64,000 nucleotides of DNA from an uncultured Nitrososphaerota archaeon (GCA_963718895.1 CAVRAG010000008.1:1120001-1184000), one strand, 5' to 3'; shown: positions 1 to 10,367, counted from the first letter of the stretch. The notes: generated by a model not told the origin, from the letters alone. Translations and numbers: made by a program.

Positions 1-77
1 AGGCCTCTGGTAAGGCCGTGGCCCAGTTCGAGCACACGATGGCGATCGACGAGGGCGGTCTGGTTATCTTGACCTAG
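1..77 (+). CDS. map: Type II methionine aminopeptidase, C-terminal fragment (runs off window start)
   Basis: Frame from position 3 reads ASGKAVAQFEHTMAIDEGGLVILT*; AQFEHT is the MetAP C-terminal metal-ligand motif. Stop TAG at 75-77. Confidence 0.85.
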   Translation, partial: ASGKAVAQFEHTMAIDEGGLVILT

Positions 78-268
78 GTCTTCGGCGGAGCCTCACCGTA
101 GATCAGGGTTATCTTCGTCGGATTGCCGCACTTGGAGCACTTTCCTCCCTCCTTCGTGACGAAGTCCCCCACCTGGAAGGGCCTCTTGGTCTTTTGCCCG
201 TCGACCGGACACTCCTCAATCGTGTAGACCAGAAACTTGGCCTTGCCGTCCTTTGACATCGAGTTCAT
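74..268 (-). CDS. Small conserved archaeal Zn-ribbon-like protein
   Basis: CPVD...CSKC motifs; 2 bp downstream of DUF1512; 4-bp CTAG overlap with the map stop. Confidence 0.7.
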   Translation of the reverse strand: MNSMSKDGKAKFLVYTIEECPVDGQKTKRPFQVGDFVTKEGGKCSKCGNPTKITLIYGEAPPKT

Positions 269-270
269 TT

Positions 271-1386
271 CTACTGCGCGACCCCGAGGGTGTTGCCGAT
301 GCCGGCTAGCAAGACCTTGTCGCCCTCCTTCGTCTTCTCCTCGATCACCCTGTTGATGAGGACCTGGACCTTGTCCGAGGCCTCTGCTATCTCCTTGCGC
401 ATCACGGTTATCGCCTCGAGTATGCTCTGCTTCACCAGTATCGCGTAGACGGGCACCTTGTGGGTGGACGAGACCTCTTCTATCTTGAACTTGTCGACGC
501 CTATCCCCCCGATGGCAGCACCGACGCCTTCCGCTATCTCGCCGGTCTTCTCGCCTTCGAGCTTGAGCGCCGCGTCCACCATGATGATCGCGTTGAGCGG
601 CACCTTCATCTCCTCGACGAGCTTCTGGATCGCGACTCCTGGCTCGCCCACGTAGCCCATCGGACCTTCAGCCTTCAGCACGTACAGCGTCCTACCCTTG
701 TACTCGCCGACCGTCATCACTGTGTCCTTCCCGACGACCTGCTTCGGCAGGTTCGCCATGTAGCGCGAGGCTATGACCGGGCCTATCCCATCTCCCACGG
801 GTTGGCCCAGCTTGAACGTGTCGACGGCGTTCACGAGGGCATCCGCCTCCTGGAGCACCATCGGCATTATCATCTGGAGCTGGAAGAGGAGCATGTACGA
901 GTTCGTCTTCTTCCCGAGGAGGTAGTAGTGCCTGACGACCTTGTGAATCTGGTTCAGCGATGTCGCTATCTCGAGGATGTTCTCGGCAACAGAGATCTTT
1001 GTCGGGTCGAGGTTCGGGATCATCTGGCTCACCTCTGCCCGCACCCTCTCGTCCCTGGTGTTGGTGATGTGCTGGAGCTTACCCACAATGCCGTTCGGGT
1101 CCATGTCGACGGGCATTATCGTGACGTAGTCGAGGAACTCGTCGATTCGCTGGGTGGGGTCGCCCGTCACCTTTCCCGAGCTCGTGAAGTAGTCTATCGC
1201 TTCCTTGCGCGACTTGTCCCTCATGAGCTTGAGGCGGCCGAGCGCCCGCGAGATGTCGTTCGCAATGAGGTACATCTGGAGCCTCTGTCCATAGATGAAG
1301 AACACGAAGATCGAGAGCAGCCAGACAACATTCACGAGGCTGTTCACATCGACCAACTGTAGGACCTGACCGGAAATCAACGACAC
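271..1386 (-). CDS. DUF1512 family protein
   Basis: 371 aa with an N-terminal TM helix and PVGDGIGP, VDAALKLEGE and GIGNTLGVAQ motifs typical of the TACK-archaeal DUF1512 family. Confidence 0.85.
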   Translation of the reverse strand: MSLISGQVLQLVDVNSLVNVVWLLSIFVFFIYGQRLQMYLIANDISRALGRLKLMRDKSRKEAIDYFTSSGKVTGDPTQRIDEFLDYVTIMPVDMDPNGIVGKLQHITNTRDERVRAEVSQMIPNLDPTKISVAENILEIATSLNQIHKVVRHYYLLGKKTNSYMLLFQLQMIMPMVLQEADALVNAVDTFKLGQPVGDGIGPVIASRYMANLPKQVVGKDTVMTVGEYKGRTLYVLKAEGPMGYVGEPGVAIQKLVEEMKVPLNAIIMVDAALKLEGEKTGEIAEGVGAAIGGIGVDKFKIEEVSSTHKVPVYAILVKQSILEAITVMRKEIAEASDKVQVLINRVIEEKTKEGDKVLLAGIGNTLGVAQ

Positions 1387-1476
1387 TCTATTGCACTAAA
1401 GAGGCTGGTCGCGGGCACCTAAACTTAAACGTTTTACAGAACAGAAAATGCAAGAAAAGTTGATGGAAGGGAATGG

Positions 1477-1593
1477 GTGCCGGCACTTGGACTTCGCGAG
1501 AGCTCTCGCACCTCACTAACACCCAAGCGACGTGTGGTTTGACGTCTGGGTTCGGAATGAGACCAGGTCGGACCCACACGCTATGGCCGGCTG
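1477..1593 (-). rRNA. rrf: 5S ribosomal RNA (stand-alone)
   Basis: Minus strand reads GCCGGCCATAGCGTGTGGGTCCGACCTGGTCTCATTCCGAACCCAGACGTCAAACCACACG...GTGCCGGC: terminal GCCGGC helix, conserved CATTCCGAAC loop C, ~115 nt. Ends are approximate. Confidence 0.93.
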
Positions 1594-1704
1594 AGGAAGC
1601 CGTCCTGGCGCGGCTAGATTAACCTTTCCAATCTGCCGAATCCCGTGAGCACAACGGTCGAAGCGCCCAAACGCATAAGAGCAGAAAAGTCTCCCGGAGT
1701 GGGC

Positions 1705-1977
1705 GTGCAGAGGAGACTCCTGGACATCCTGGCATGTCCCATAGACAAGTACTACCCGCTCAGACTGATCGAGCTCAAGGCCGAGGGAGAGAAGGTGGTC
1801 AGCGGCGTGATACTCTGCGACAAGTGCGGGAGGTTCTACCCCATAATCGACGAGATACCGGTGATGCTCCCCGACGAGCTCAGGAACAAGAAGGAGGACC
1901 TCGACTTCCTGGCCCAGTGGAAGTCTCAGCTTCCCTCGGAGGTCGTCCAGAAGGGTCTCCCACACAACCTTTCATAA
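1705..1977 (+). CDS. trm112: Trm112 family methyltransferase activator
   Basis: LLDILACPIDK...LCDKCGRFYPIIDEIPVMLPDELR is the Trm112 signature. Start probably the GTG near 1705 (ORF track gives 1645). Confidence 0.85.
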   Translation: MQRRLLDILACPIDKYYPLRLIELKAEGEKVVSGVILCDKCGRFYPIIDEIPVMLPDELRNKKEDLDFLAQWKSQLPSEVVQKGLPHNLS

Positions 1978-2164
1978 GAGGGCCTCGCAGACATTCATGT
2001 CCGCCTGTCTTCTTCTCTTGCACGATTTCTTGGCCCCCTGACGAAAGTCTCCCTGCGGATTGCCGTCGGCTTGGGTTGCCGGTCCGGGGAAGGAACGAGT
2101 CACGTACCTAGAAGATTCTTCTGTTTGCGATATAATGTTGGTTGGGATCTCGAACCTGAGAGTC

Positions 2165-2419
2165 ATGGCCAAGCTGACGACCGAGAAAAGAGAAGAACTT
2201 CCAGCCTCTGAATACGCCTGCCCTATCGACAAGAAGCTGCCGATAAACGACGCCGCGCACGTCCGGAACGCGATGGCCCGCTTCGACCAGGTGATTACGG
2301 ACAAGTGCCACCCAGTGGAGGCGAGAAACAGGATACTCGCAGCGGCCAAGAGGTACGGTGTAGACGTCAAGGAGTTCGGGAAGGTCAGGGAGTTCAAGAG
2401 CACCTCAAGAGAAGGCTAG
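2165..2419 (+). CDS. Small conserved protein, DUF6582-like
   Basis: MAKLTTEKREELPASEYA...LPINDAAHVRNAMARFDQV...ARNRILAAAKRYGV; ATG at 2165 with TATAAT ~30 bp upstream. Confidence 0.7.
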   Translation: MAKLTTEKREELPASEYACPIDKKLPINDAAHVRNAMARFDQVITDKCHPVEARNRILAAAKRYGVDVKEFGKVREFKSTSREG

Positions 2420-2499
2420 CGCGGCGATGCGGCGGGGTCAAATCTAGGGCGGAACATTTTTCCTCAGCCTAATAATCAAAAGGATTGTTCTGTTTCAAC

Positions 2500-3036
2500 A
2501 TGGTCGTCGGCCGATTCCAAGTGATGGCTGTCCTGCAGGCCGCGCGAGCGCGCACACTAGGCCTCCCGCTCGAATCTGCGCACTCCTGGGGACTCAATCG
2601 GGCGATATTCTACGCAGCCGCGAAGAGGGGCTTCAGAGGCAAGCAGGCCCCGTCCGGGCATGTGTCTGATAAGATCCACCCCGCCCACGCCAAGTCGGAG
2701 GCGAAGGTGGGAGAATATCACCTCGGAGACGAACTAGCATTCAAGGACGCGGGGAGCAGCAAGACAAGCCCGATATTCTCGATTGGGGGAGAACCACAGA
2801 CCGAGGAGGACTTCCAGAGACAGGTAGAAGCAAGGTTTCAGGGCAGGTTTGGGGAGGCCTGGGAGGAAGCTCTCGACTATCTGAAGCATTTCGACAGAGC
2901 TACCCTCGAGTCGCAGAGCAGGTTCTTCTCCGACGTCTACCGCCCGAAGAGGGATGAGTTTGCAAGCAAGTGGACGCAGATCAGCAACGCCAAGGTCGTG
3001 GGGGTCGCTCCCAGAACGAGACGGAAGAGTAGTTAG
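2500..3036 (+). CDS. Conserved archaeal hypothetical protein
   Basis: GRFQVMAVLQAARA...SWGLNRAIFYAAAKRGF; ATG at 2500; host-like codon usage. Confidence 0.7.
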   Translation: MVVGRFQVMAVLQAARARTLGLPLESAHSWGLNRAIFYAAAKRGFRGKQAPSGHVSDKIHPAHAKSEAKVGEYHLGDELAFKDAGSSKTSPIFSIGGEPQTEEDFQRQVEARFQGRFGEAWEEALDYLKHFDRATLESQSRFFSDVYRPKRDEFASKWTQISNAKVVGVAPRTRRKSS

Positions 3037-3194
3037 AACTCCCCTGATGAGTTGAGGCCAATAAGGAGGATTAGGAATTTCTTGGCAAGCGGAAGGAGAG
3101 GTTGCCTAAGCATCGTCAAAGGAGTGCACATATAGCCCTTCATAAACCCAACTCCACAAGATTCAAAAGGGAATATCACCTACCCTTATGGTCT

Positions 3195-3761
3195 TTGTCA
3201 GTTTCAACCATCGACCCGAAGCAGCTCAAGAAGATAAGGGTCCAGCTTGGAATAACCCAGTCCGAGCTGGCGCGCGCAGCGGGTGTTAGCCAATCTCTCA
3301 TCGCGAAGCTCGAGTCCGGTCTGGTCGACCCGTCGTTCAGCACTATGAAGTCAATATCGGAGGCGCTGAGGTCCCAGATCAGGATAGAGGGCAAGAAGGC
3401 TTCCGAGGTCATGTCCAAGCCTGTCATATCGATACAGTCGAACGTGACGGTCTCGGACAGTGTCAATGCGATGAAGAAGAGCGGGATATCACAGCTCCCC
3501 GTCTACTCAGGGCCCCGACTGGTCGGCTCCATAACCGAGAACCAGATAGTCCAACTCCTCAGCACAGTGGACGACCCCAGGAGCATCCTCAGCAAGCCTG
3601 TGGCGAACTACCTGCAGCCGACCTTCCCCGTCGTTAGCGCAGACACCCCTGTCGAGGCGCTATTCTCGCTCTTCAAGTTCGTCCCGGCTGTCCTCGTGGC
3701 GACGGGAGACAAGGTCGAGGGTGTGATCACGAAGATAGACATGCTCTCGGCCGAGGTCTAG
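3195..3761 (+). CDS. XRE-family HTH regulator with CBS domain pair
   Basis: GITQSELARAAGVSQSLIAKLESG HTH followed by CBS motifs (VMSKPVISI, ISQLPV, GVITKID). Probable TTG start at 3195. Confidence 0.9.
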   Translation: MSVSTIDPKQLKKIRVQLGITQSELARAAGVSQSLIAKLESGLVDPSFSTMKSISEALRSQIRIEGKKASEVMSKPVISIQSNVTVSDSVNAMKKSGISQLPVYSGPRLVGSITENQIVQLLSTVDDPRSILSKPVANYLQPTFPVVSADTPVEALFSLFKFVPAVLVATGDKVEGVITKIDMLSAEV

Positions 3762-3884
3762 GCGCACAGATCCCGAGTGGCACCCCGGCGGGACGTCTCG
3801 AGGGCGGCGGAAGCGGTGGCGACGAGACGATCCCGCGCAAAGGTCTCACAAGGCTTAAAGAATCTGAATCGGGCAAACCTGACG

Positions 3885-4904
3885 TTGAATCAGAAGATAG
3901 GGTTGGGTCTGGTGGGAGCCGGCGCAATCGGCCGGGTGCACGCGAAGAACATCTACGAGAAGGTACCGAATGCGACGCTCGCCGCGGTCGCGGACATCGA
4001 CCAGAAGGCTGCGACGAGCATAGCGGATCTCAACGGCCACGCCAAGGTCTATTCGGATTACGCTGACATGCTGCGCGACGACTCCGTCCACGCCCTCGTG
4101 CTCTGCGTCCCGCCCTTCCTCAAGCTTGAGATAACCAAGAAGGCCGCCCAGGCCGGGAAGCACATCTTCTGCGAGAAGCCCATGGCCCTCACGATGCAGG
4201 ACGCCGACGAGATGGTCTCGGCGGTGGACGGCTCGGGGATAAAGTTCCAGGTCGGTTATCAGAGGAGGTTCGATCCCTCCTACGTCAAGGCGAGGTGGGC
4301 GGTGGAGACGGGCAAGCTGGGCAGGCTGCTCATGATCAAGGAGCACAACAGGGACCCGCCCGCCCCTATCACGGGCTGGTCGACCAACCCCAAGAAGAGC
4401 GGGGGAATCTTCCTGGACACCACGAGCCACGACTTCGACGCAGTCAGGTGGCTCGCGGGTAGCGAGGTCGTCCGGGTATATGCCGAGGGGGACGCCTTAA
4501 TCTATGAGGACCTGAAGAAGAACGGCGATTACGATACGGTGACGGTGATGATGAGGCTCGCGAACGGAGCCCTCGGGTTTGTGGACAACTGCTACCACAC
4601 CGTCTACGGGTTTGACGGCAGGCTGGAGATCCTCGGCACCGAGGCAGCCGTCTCGACCTCGATCGGGGAGCAGACCTTCGCGCACATCTACACCAAGGAC
4701 GGGACCTCAAACGAGTTCTTCGACGGATACGCCACCAGGTGGGCTCAGGCGTACCTAGACGAGCTCGTCGACTTCGTCCAGTGCGTAATCACGGGGAAGG
4801 ACCCGAAGGCCACAGTAAGAGACGGACGGGCCGCCGTGGAGATAGGACTCGCGGCACGAGCATCCATAGAGCAGCAGAAGCCGATAACGCTCCCCTTCCG
4901 ATAA
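3885..4904 (+). CDS. Gfo/Idh/MocA oxidoreductase (myo-inositol 2-dehydrogenase-like)
   Basis: GAGAIG Rossmann motif, GKHIFCEKP, VGYQRRFD and GGIFLDTTSHDFD. Start is approximate. Confidence 0.9.
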   Translation: MNQKIGLGLVGAGAIGRVHAKNIYEKVPNATLAAVADIDQKAATSIADLNGHAKVYSDYADMLRDDSVHALVLCVPPFLKLEITKKAAQAGKHIFCEKPMALTMQDADEMVSAVDGSGIKFQVGYQRRFDPSYVKARWAVETGKLGRLLMIKEHNRDPPAPITGWSTNPKKSGGIFLDTTSHDFDAVRWLAGSEVVRVYAEGDALIYEDLKKNGDYDTVTVMMRLANGALGFVDNCYHTVYGFDGRLEILGTEAAVSTSIGEQTFAHIYTKDGTSNEFFDGYATRWAQAYLDELVDFVQCVITGKDPKATVRDGRAAVEIGLAARASIEQQKPITLPFR

Positions 4905-4931
4905 GAGGGGGAGGTGGGGGAGTCGGCAGGG

Positions 4932-5675
4932 CTAATCCTTCAGAAGTTTCTGTAGATATTTGTAGTTCTTCTTCGCTGATTCAGCCATGCTCCCCTTGTG
5001 GGGGAAGTCGACTTCGACCATGATCCATCCTTTGTACTTGGCTTTCTTTAGCGCTCGCGCCACCGCCGGCATGTCTACCACGCCCTCGCCCAGGTCGACG
5101 AAGTCCTTGTCGTAGTCTATCTTGGCAGGGTCAACGTGCTCCCTGAGGTCCTTGAGGTGCACGAGCACGATCCTGCTCTTGTACTTCGCTATGAACTTGG
5201 GAAGGTCTATCCTCAGGGCTTCGAGGTGGGCCGAATCGAAGCAGATCCCGGCGTCCGAGGCCTTGAGGAGGGCGTCCAGCTGGCGGAGGTTCTCGGCATT
5301 GCTGCGGACGTGAGGGTGAACGGCAATCTTCATCCCCTTCTTCCCGAACGCGACCGTGAGCGCCTTCGTCACCTTGGCGGCGCTCTTGTCATCCTTCTCG
5401 AAGAGGCACAGCCACCCCGACTCGGCACCCATCTTCTTCGCGACGTCGGCCATGTCCGTCGTCGTCTCATTCAGGGCCATAGAGACGACCTCCAGGCCCA
5501 CCTTCTTTGCGAGCTTCTTGACCTGGCCCGGATTCCTCTTGAGGACCTCCGGCATCACCGCGTACTCTATGCCGACGCCTTCGTAGCCGGCGTCCTTGAT
5601 CGAGCCAAGTATCTCGCTGAACTGCTTGACGTCCTTTATGTCGCCCCATCCGAGGGCCGCGCACGATATTTTCAT
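4932..5675 (-). CDS. Sugar phosphate isomerase/epimerase (IolE-like TIM barrel)
   Basis: VHPH, CFDSAH, VHLKD, DLGEGVVD and WIMVEVD metal-binding motifs; convergent with the inositol dehydrogenase-like gene. Confidence 0.85.
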   Translation of the reverse strand: MKISCAALGWGDIKDVKQFSEILGSIKDAGYEGVGIEYAVMPEVLKRNPGQVKKLAKKVGLEVVSMALNETTTDMADVAKKMGAESGWLCLFEKDDKSAAKVTKALTVAFGKKGMKIAVHPHVRSNAENLRQLDALLKASDAGICFDSAHLEALRIDLPKFIAKYKSRIVLVHLKDLREHVDPAKIDYDKDFVDLGEGVVDMPAVARALKKAKYKGWIMVEVDFPHKGSMAESAKKNYKYLQKLLKD

Positions 5676-5713
5676 CGCCCTGTGTCACCCTTCTATCTAA
5701 CTGTCAAGGCAGC

Positions 5714-7693
5714 CTAGCCTTGGTTCGACACGAACTGAACGGTGTTGAAGATCACCGTCGACGACTGGCCGCTGTAGACTGGGTCAACGTAGAAGCTGTT
5801 GACTACCTGGTTGTTCCAGACGATGGAGCCCGCTCCGAAGAACAGCTTGATCGTCCCCAGCCAGATGTACGGAGCATCGTTGTACTCCTGGGCCTGGGCC
5901 TTGGTGCAGAGCGCGACGATCTGCGAGGTGTTCGAGGTGGAGGTGAACGCGTTCACGCACGCCTGAACTATCGGGTTCGAGTATATCGCCCAGTTGTTGG
6001 ACGCCGTGTTGTTGTTGGACGAGAGCAACCAGTTGTCCGCCGGAGTGTCGGCCGCCGGAGCGAACGTGCCTGTGCCGAACCAGGTCAGCTGGGATATGGA
6101 CTGAGAGTCGTTCAGCGCCAGCGCGTAGGAGCCGGTCCCTCCGGTGTTCGGGAGAGCGTACTGGGAGGCCGGCGTGACGATGATGTTCACCGTCAGGCCG
6201 ATCTTCGAGAGGTCTAGGGCGACTATCTGTGCAGCGTTGTTGCAGTAGTCGCATCCCTGCACGACCCTGAATTGGAGCGGAGGCAGCGCCGCGACGTTGA
6301 TGTTGGCCGCCTTGAGTATAGCCAAGGACTGGGTCACGTTGTACTGGTACGGAGGCAGATTCCCTAGGTCGTAGAACTGGGAAAATATCGGATATTCAGG
6401 TCCGACCATCGGATTCAGCCCTCCGAAGAAGACGGTGTCCGATATGGCCGTATAGTTGATCGCGTGTACGATCGCCTGTCGGACGGCGGTGATGTTTGTC
6501 GGAGACCTCTGTGTGTTCATTGCTATGCCAACGAACACAGCGGCCTTGCTCGGGAACTGGAAGACTCCGTACTGGCTCGGCTTGGCCTGGGCGAGCGGCA
6601 GATCTTGGCTCAGGATGCCCGCTATCTGGGCCTGTCCGCTCGAGAGGTCCGTGTAGCGAGAGACGTCATTGAAGTTCGCCTTCACGACCACGTTCTTGAC
6701 GTGGCCTGGGTCGAGGTATGGGTTGGCCTGTACCTGGGCGGCTGTGAGGTCAGCGCCCCAGTAGCCAGGGTTCTGTGTGAACTGGACGTAAGAGTTCTCG
6801 GAGAACCCCGAGACGACGTACGGTCCTGTGCCGGGTATCGGGTTCTCATTGAAGTAGGTGTTCATCTGTACCGGCGTGCCAAAGCCTCCGTGGTCGAGCA
6901 GCCACTGTGTGTCGAACATCAGCCCGACGTAGACCACCAGGGCGCCTAGGAAGTAGTTGAACGGAGCCTGCAGATGGAAAACTATGGTATTGGGGTTCGT
7001 CACGTAAATCGGCCAGTTCTGGTTCTCCATCATCGAGAGTGCGGCCGGGCCGGGGTTGATCAGACCACCGCTCTGGTTCAGGAGAGCGATCGAGGAAGGC
7101 CCGAAGTTCACAGGCGCCATGTTGAAGACGTTGTACGACTCCAGGAAGGCCGAACTGTTGCCCGAGAGGTAGTAGAATCCGTACATCTCAGCCCAGACCT
7201 GGTAGGCGTTGAACGGGTTACCGTCGGAGAACTTGACGCCCTGACGGAGGTTGAAGGTGTAGGTCCTCCCATCCGCAGACTGGGTGAAGTTACTCGCCAG
7301 GTCCGGCAGGTACTGCACCGTCCCCTGCTTGTAGAGCGCGCTCGCGTTGAGCGTGATGAGGGGCTGGTAGACCGTGTAGGTCAGCCAGTTTGGATACGGG
7401 ACCTCGCCTATGGCGGTAAGCTGGTCGAGGTCCGCCGGCGCAGGCCAGAAGACATCGTCGATCGTGAGCGTGTTCGGCGCGCTCGAACTCGACGTGGTGC
7501 TGCTGCTATTGCTCGACGAATTGTTGGAGCCCGAGAAGTAGATGAAAGCCACCGCGGCTACGACGATGAGGACAATTACAACAGCTGCGACCGCCATGCG
7601 GCCTATCGCAGACCTGCGACTCGCTAAGAATTGCAAGACTAAGGGCGAAATGTGCCCAGAACTGTATTTAAGCGTTCTTCGGTCTAGACTCAC
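5714..7693 (-). CDS. ABC transporter substrate-binding protein, peptide/nickel family 5
   Basis: N-terminal TM anchor and Ser linker, YTFNLRQGVKFSDGNPFNA, PGTGPY, VRQAIVHAIN. True start is probably somewhat downstream of 7693. Confidence 0.9.
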   Translation of the reverse strand: MSLDRRTLKYSSGHISPLVLQFLASRRSAIGRMAVAAVVIVLIVVAAVAFIYFSGSNNSSSNSSSTTSSSSAPNTLTIDDVFWPAPADLDQLTAIGEVPYPNWLTYTVYQPLITLNASALYKQGTVQYLPDLASNFTQSADGRTYTFNLRQGVKFSDGNPFNAYQVWAEMYGFYYLSGNSSAFLESYNVFNMAPVNFGPSSIALLNQSGGLINPGPAALSMMENQNWPIYVTNPNTIVFHLQAPFNYFLGALVVYVGLMFDTQWLLDHGGFGTPVQMNTYFNENPIPGTGPYVVSGFSENSYVQFTQNPGYWGADLTAAQVQANPYLDPGHVKNVVVKANFNDVSRYTDLSSGQAQIAGILSQDLPLAQAKPSQYGVFQFPSKAAVFVGIAMNTQRSPTNITAVRQAIVHAINYTAISDTVFFGGLNPMVGPEYPIFSQFYDLGNLPPYQYNVTQSLAILKAANINVAALPPLQFRVVQGCDYCNNAAQIVALDLSKIGLTVNIIVTPASQYALPNTGGTGSYALALNDSQSISQLTWFGTGTFAPAADTPADNWLLSSNNNTASNNWAIYSNPIVQACVNAFTSTSNTSQIVALCTKAQAQEYNDAPYIWLGTIKLFFGAGSIVWNNQVVNSFYVDPVYSGQSSTVIFNTVQFVSNQG

Positions 7694-7699
7694 TCAGCT

Positions 7700-8965
7700 T
7701 CACTTGCGGGCTGAGAGAATTCCCTGCATCCGCCGATTCTTCCTTCTCAGTGCGAACAGGCCACCCAGTGCGAGAAGGAGTACGGCGTTCGCAGCGACCG
7801 GCGCGAGGTAGTTCCACGACACCGATGACGAACTGGCGGTGCTACTTGGGGTCGTGGCAGATGAGGTCGACGGCGCGGAGCCCGTCGTCGCCACGCTCGT
7901 CAGAGAAGAGCTAGACGGCGAGGTCAGGGTCGTTGAGGCTGCCGAGGAGGTGGTGACCGATACGAGGTTTGCATCAGAGATGACAGATACGGTCCCTGCA
8001 CCATACTCAGTGACATAGACTTCCCCCTTCGCGGAGTCGTAGGCGACGCCCGTCGGGTTGCCCGCCGCCGGCACGGTCGCGACGACCTTGTCGTCGCTGT
8101 CAGATGCCACCGAGACGGTGTTGCCGCCGGCGTTGGCCACGAACATTTCACCCTTGCCAGAATCATAGGCGACGCCATCGGGGTTGCTTCCCACGGTCAC
8201 GGTCGCGACGACCTGGTTGCTGACGTCCGATATCACGGAGAGTGTGTTGGAGCCCTGATTGCTGACGAAGAGCTGTCCCTTGGCCGGGTCGTAGGCTATG
8301 CCATAGGGCGAGATCCCCACGGATATGTTCGCCACCACCGCGTTTGTGGTGTCAGATATCACGGACACGGTGTTGGATAGGGACAGGGCAGGGCCGGGCG
8401 TGGCGACGAAAACCTCGCCTTTTCCGGAGTCATAGGCCATCCCTTCGGGAGCGCTCACTCCCTTCACGGTTGCGACGACCGCACCGGTACTGTCCGAGAT
8501 CACAGACACCGTGTTCGAACCCTGGTTGCCGACAAAGACCTCCCCCTTGCCCGAATCGTAGACTATGCCGATGGGCTCACTTCCAACGGGCACCGACTCT
8601 GTGACCACGTTGTTACTGTCTGATATCGCGGAGACGGCGCTCCCGAACGCGTTGGCGACCCAGACCTCGCCCTTTGCTGGGTCGTAGGCCACGCCGAGAG
8701 GGCTTCTCACCGAGACGTTTGCCGAGACCGACTTGGTGGCGTCTGATATCACCGAGACCGTACCGGAGACATAGTTTGCGACGAACAACTCACCCTTGGC
8801 CGAGTCGTAGGCGATTCCAGATGGTTGCGCTCCGACGACGATGGTCGAAGGCTGGCCGCGAGCCGTAGAGGCGGTAGAAACAGAGAGGAGGAAGAGGACC
8901 CATATCAAGAAGGTAATCGACCTATGGCTGGAGGGTAGAGCGGCCACGACAGTGATGGCATTCAC
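7700..8965 (-). CDS. YVTN/YncE-type beta-propeller surface protein
   Basis: About seven repeats of P.GIAYDS.KGE.FVAN....TVSVISD, a Ser/Thr stalk, a C-terminal TM helix and a basic tail. Confidence 0.9.
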   Translation of the reverse strand: MNAITVVAALPSSHRSITFLIWVLFLLSVSTASTARGQPSTIVVGAQPSGIAYDSAKGELFVANYVSGTVSVISDATKSVSANVSVRSPLGVAYDPAKGEVWVANAFGSAVSAISDSNNVVTESVPVGSEPIGIVYDSGKGEVFVGNQGSNTVSVISDSTGAVVATVKGVSAPEGMAYDSGKGEVFVATPGPALSLSNTVSVISDTTNAVVANISVGISPYGIAYDPAKGQLFVSNQGSNTLSVISDVSNQVVATVTVGSNPDGVAYDSGKGEMFVANAGGNTVSVASDSDDKVVATVPAAGNPTGVAYDSAKGEVYVTEYGAGTVSVISDANLVSVTTSSAASTTLTSPSSSSLTSVATTGSAPSTSSATTPSSTASSSSVSWNYLAPVAANAVLLLALGGLFALRRKNRRMQGILSARK

Positions 8966-9098
8966 GTCGCGATATCTAAGTCTTCGAGGACTGCGACAGG
9001 TACTCCCGGCTCTCGTCCAGCTCGGGACCTCGGCCGCTCTCGGGGCAGACCCACCGTAAGCGTACCCGAGCTTTCGACGATTCCTACATCACACATGA

Positions 9099-10367
9099 AT
9101 GCCTTCGGACGAGCGATGGACCATGTACGATGGCGAGCTTCGACGCTACAAGCTTGTGAACCTCGGCCGCCAGCTGGAAGGTCCCACGCTCGCTCGGGTC
9201 GATATCAACCTGCCCGCATCTCATGAGAGGATAGAGGAGGACGCGCTCAGGATGCGGGTGTATTCCCACGTCCTCGAGATGTACTCGGAGTATTCGGGGT
9301 TGGTCGTCATGAGCCACCAGGGCAGGAAGGGAGACGACGACTTCACCTCGCTCAGTCCCCACATGCGCTCGCTCAGGAGGCTCCTACCGCGGGACGTGGC
9401 GATCGAGTTCGTCCAGTACCAGAACGTCTTCACCGAAGAGACCAGAGAGAAGATCCGCAGCTTGAGGCGCAGGCAGATAATGCTGCTCGACAACATGCGA
9501 TACTTCGAAGAGGAGAAGAAATGGGACCCGCTGAGGTCTAGGTACGTCCAGTTCTTCAAGGGAGTCATAGGAACGTGCGTCAACGACTCGATGCCGACCT
9601 GGCACAGAGAGGACTCGAGCCTGATGTGCCTGCCGCACATCGCACAGACCTACATCGGGCTGCGCTCCAGCCACGAGCTGAGAATCCTGCACGATGTGAT
9701 TCAGAGCAAGGAGCCGAAAGCACTCGTGATGGGCGGGGCGAAGCTCCAGAAGGTCTCCGATCTGAAGAAGATAGCACACTCTGGCGTCGAGATCTATACG
9801 GGGGGCCTCGCGGGGCAGCTGATCGCGAGGGCCAAAGGATACGATTTGGGCGAACTGAACAACGCCTACCTGGAGCGGAGATTCACCCCGGCCGAGTACG
9901 AAGACGCAAGGGCACTGAACGACCTATCGCCGGAAGCCGGGATCCCCAAGGTTCGCCATCCTATCGATTTCGTCGTCGAGATGAACGGCTCGAGGGATAA
10001 CGTCCGGCTGGAAGAACTTCCGGACCGGCCCGGAGTCATAAAGGACATCGGAGAGGAGACGATGGAGATCTACGCAGAATCGCTACAGGACAGCCCGATA
10101 AGAGTTAGGGCCGGTCCTCTCGGCGTCTACGAAGAGAACTACCTCAACGGGCTGGAGCTGACGAAGAGGATAAGCGGAGATGGGCTGATCTTCCTCGGAG
10201 GAGACACGTCCCAGGAACTCAATGAAGGTGGCTTGCTTGGACACATAGAGGATGCCGGAGGGAGCATCTGCGTCAGCGGAGGTTCGTTCCTGCACGGATG
10301 GGCCGGGGGGTCGTTCCCCTCCATCGACCTGCTCCTCCGCTCGCAGACCCCGGTCCTAGCCGACTAG
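9099..10367 (+). CDS. pgk: Phosphoglycerate kinase (divergent)
   Basis: RVDINLP, SHQGR, LLDNMRY, MGGAK, PIDF, DIGEET, GPLGVYE, GGDT and SGGS motifs in PGK order. Confidence 0.8.
   Translation: MPSDERWTMYDGELRRYKLVNLGRQLEGPTLARVDINLPASHERIEEDALRMRVYSHVLEMYSEYSGLVVMSHQGRKGDDDFTSLSPHMRSLRRLLPRDVAIEFVQYQNVFTEETREKIRSLRRRQIMLLDNMRYFEEEKKWDPLRSRYVQFFKGVIGTCVNDSMPTWHREDSSLMCLPHIAQTYIGLRSSHELRILHDVIQSKEPKALVMGGAKLQKVSDLKKIAHSGVEIYTGGLAGQLIARAKGYDLGELNNAYLERRFTPAEYEDARALNDLSPEAGIPKVRHPIDFVVEMNGSRDNVRLEELPDRPGVIKDIGEETMEIYAESLQDSPIRVRAGPLGVYEENYLNGLELTKRISGDGLIFLGGDTSQELNEGGLLGHIEDAGGSICVSGGSFLHGWAGGSFPSIDLLLRSQTPVLAD

Noticed and set aside
460-1362. Long antisense or alternate-frame ORFs (also 16154..17149, 59442..60473, 59963..60721 and many others)
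   Set aside because: Shadows of GC-rich real genes, with no motifs of their own.
1388-1579. 63-aa ORF
   Set aside because: Overlaps the 5S rRNA; spurious.
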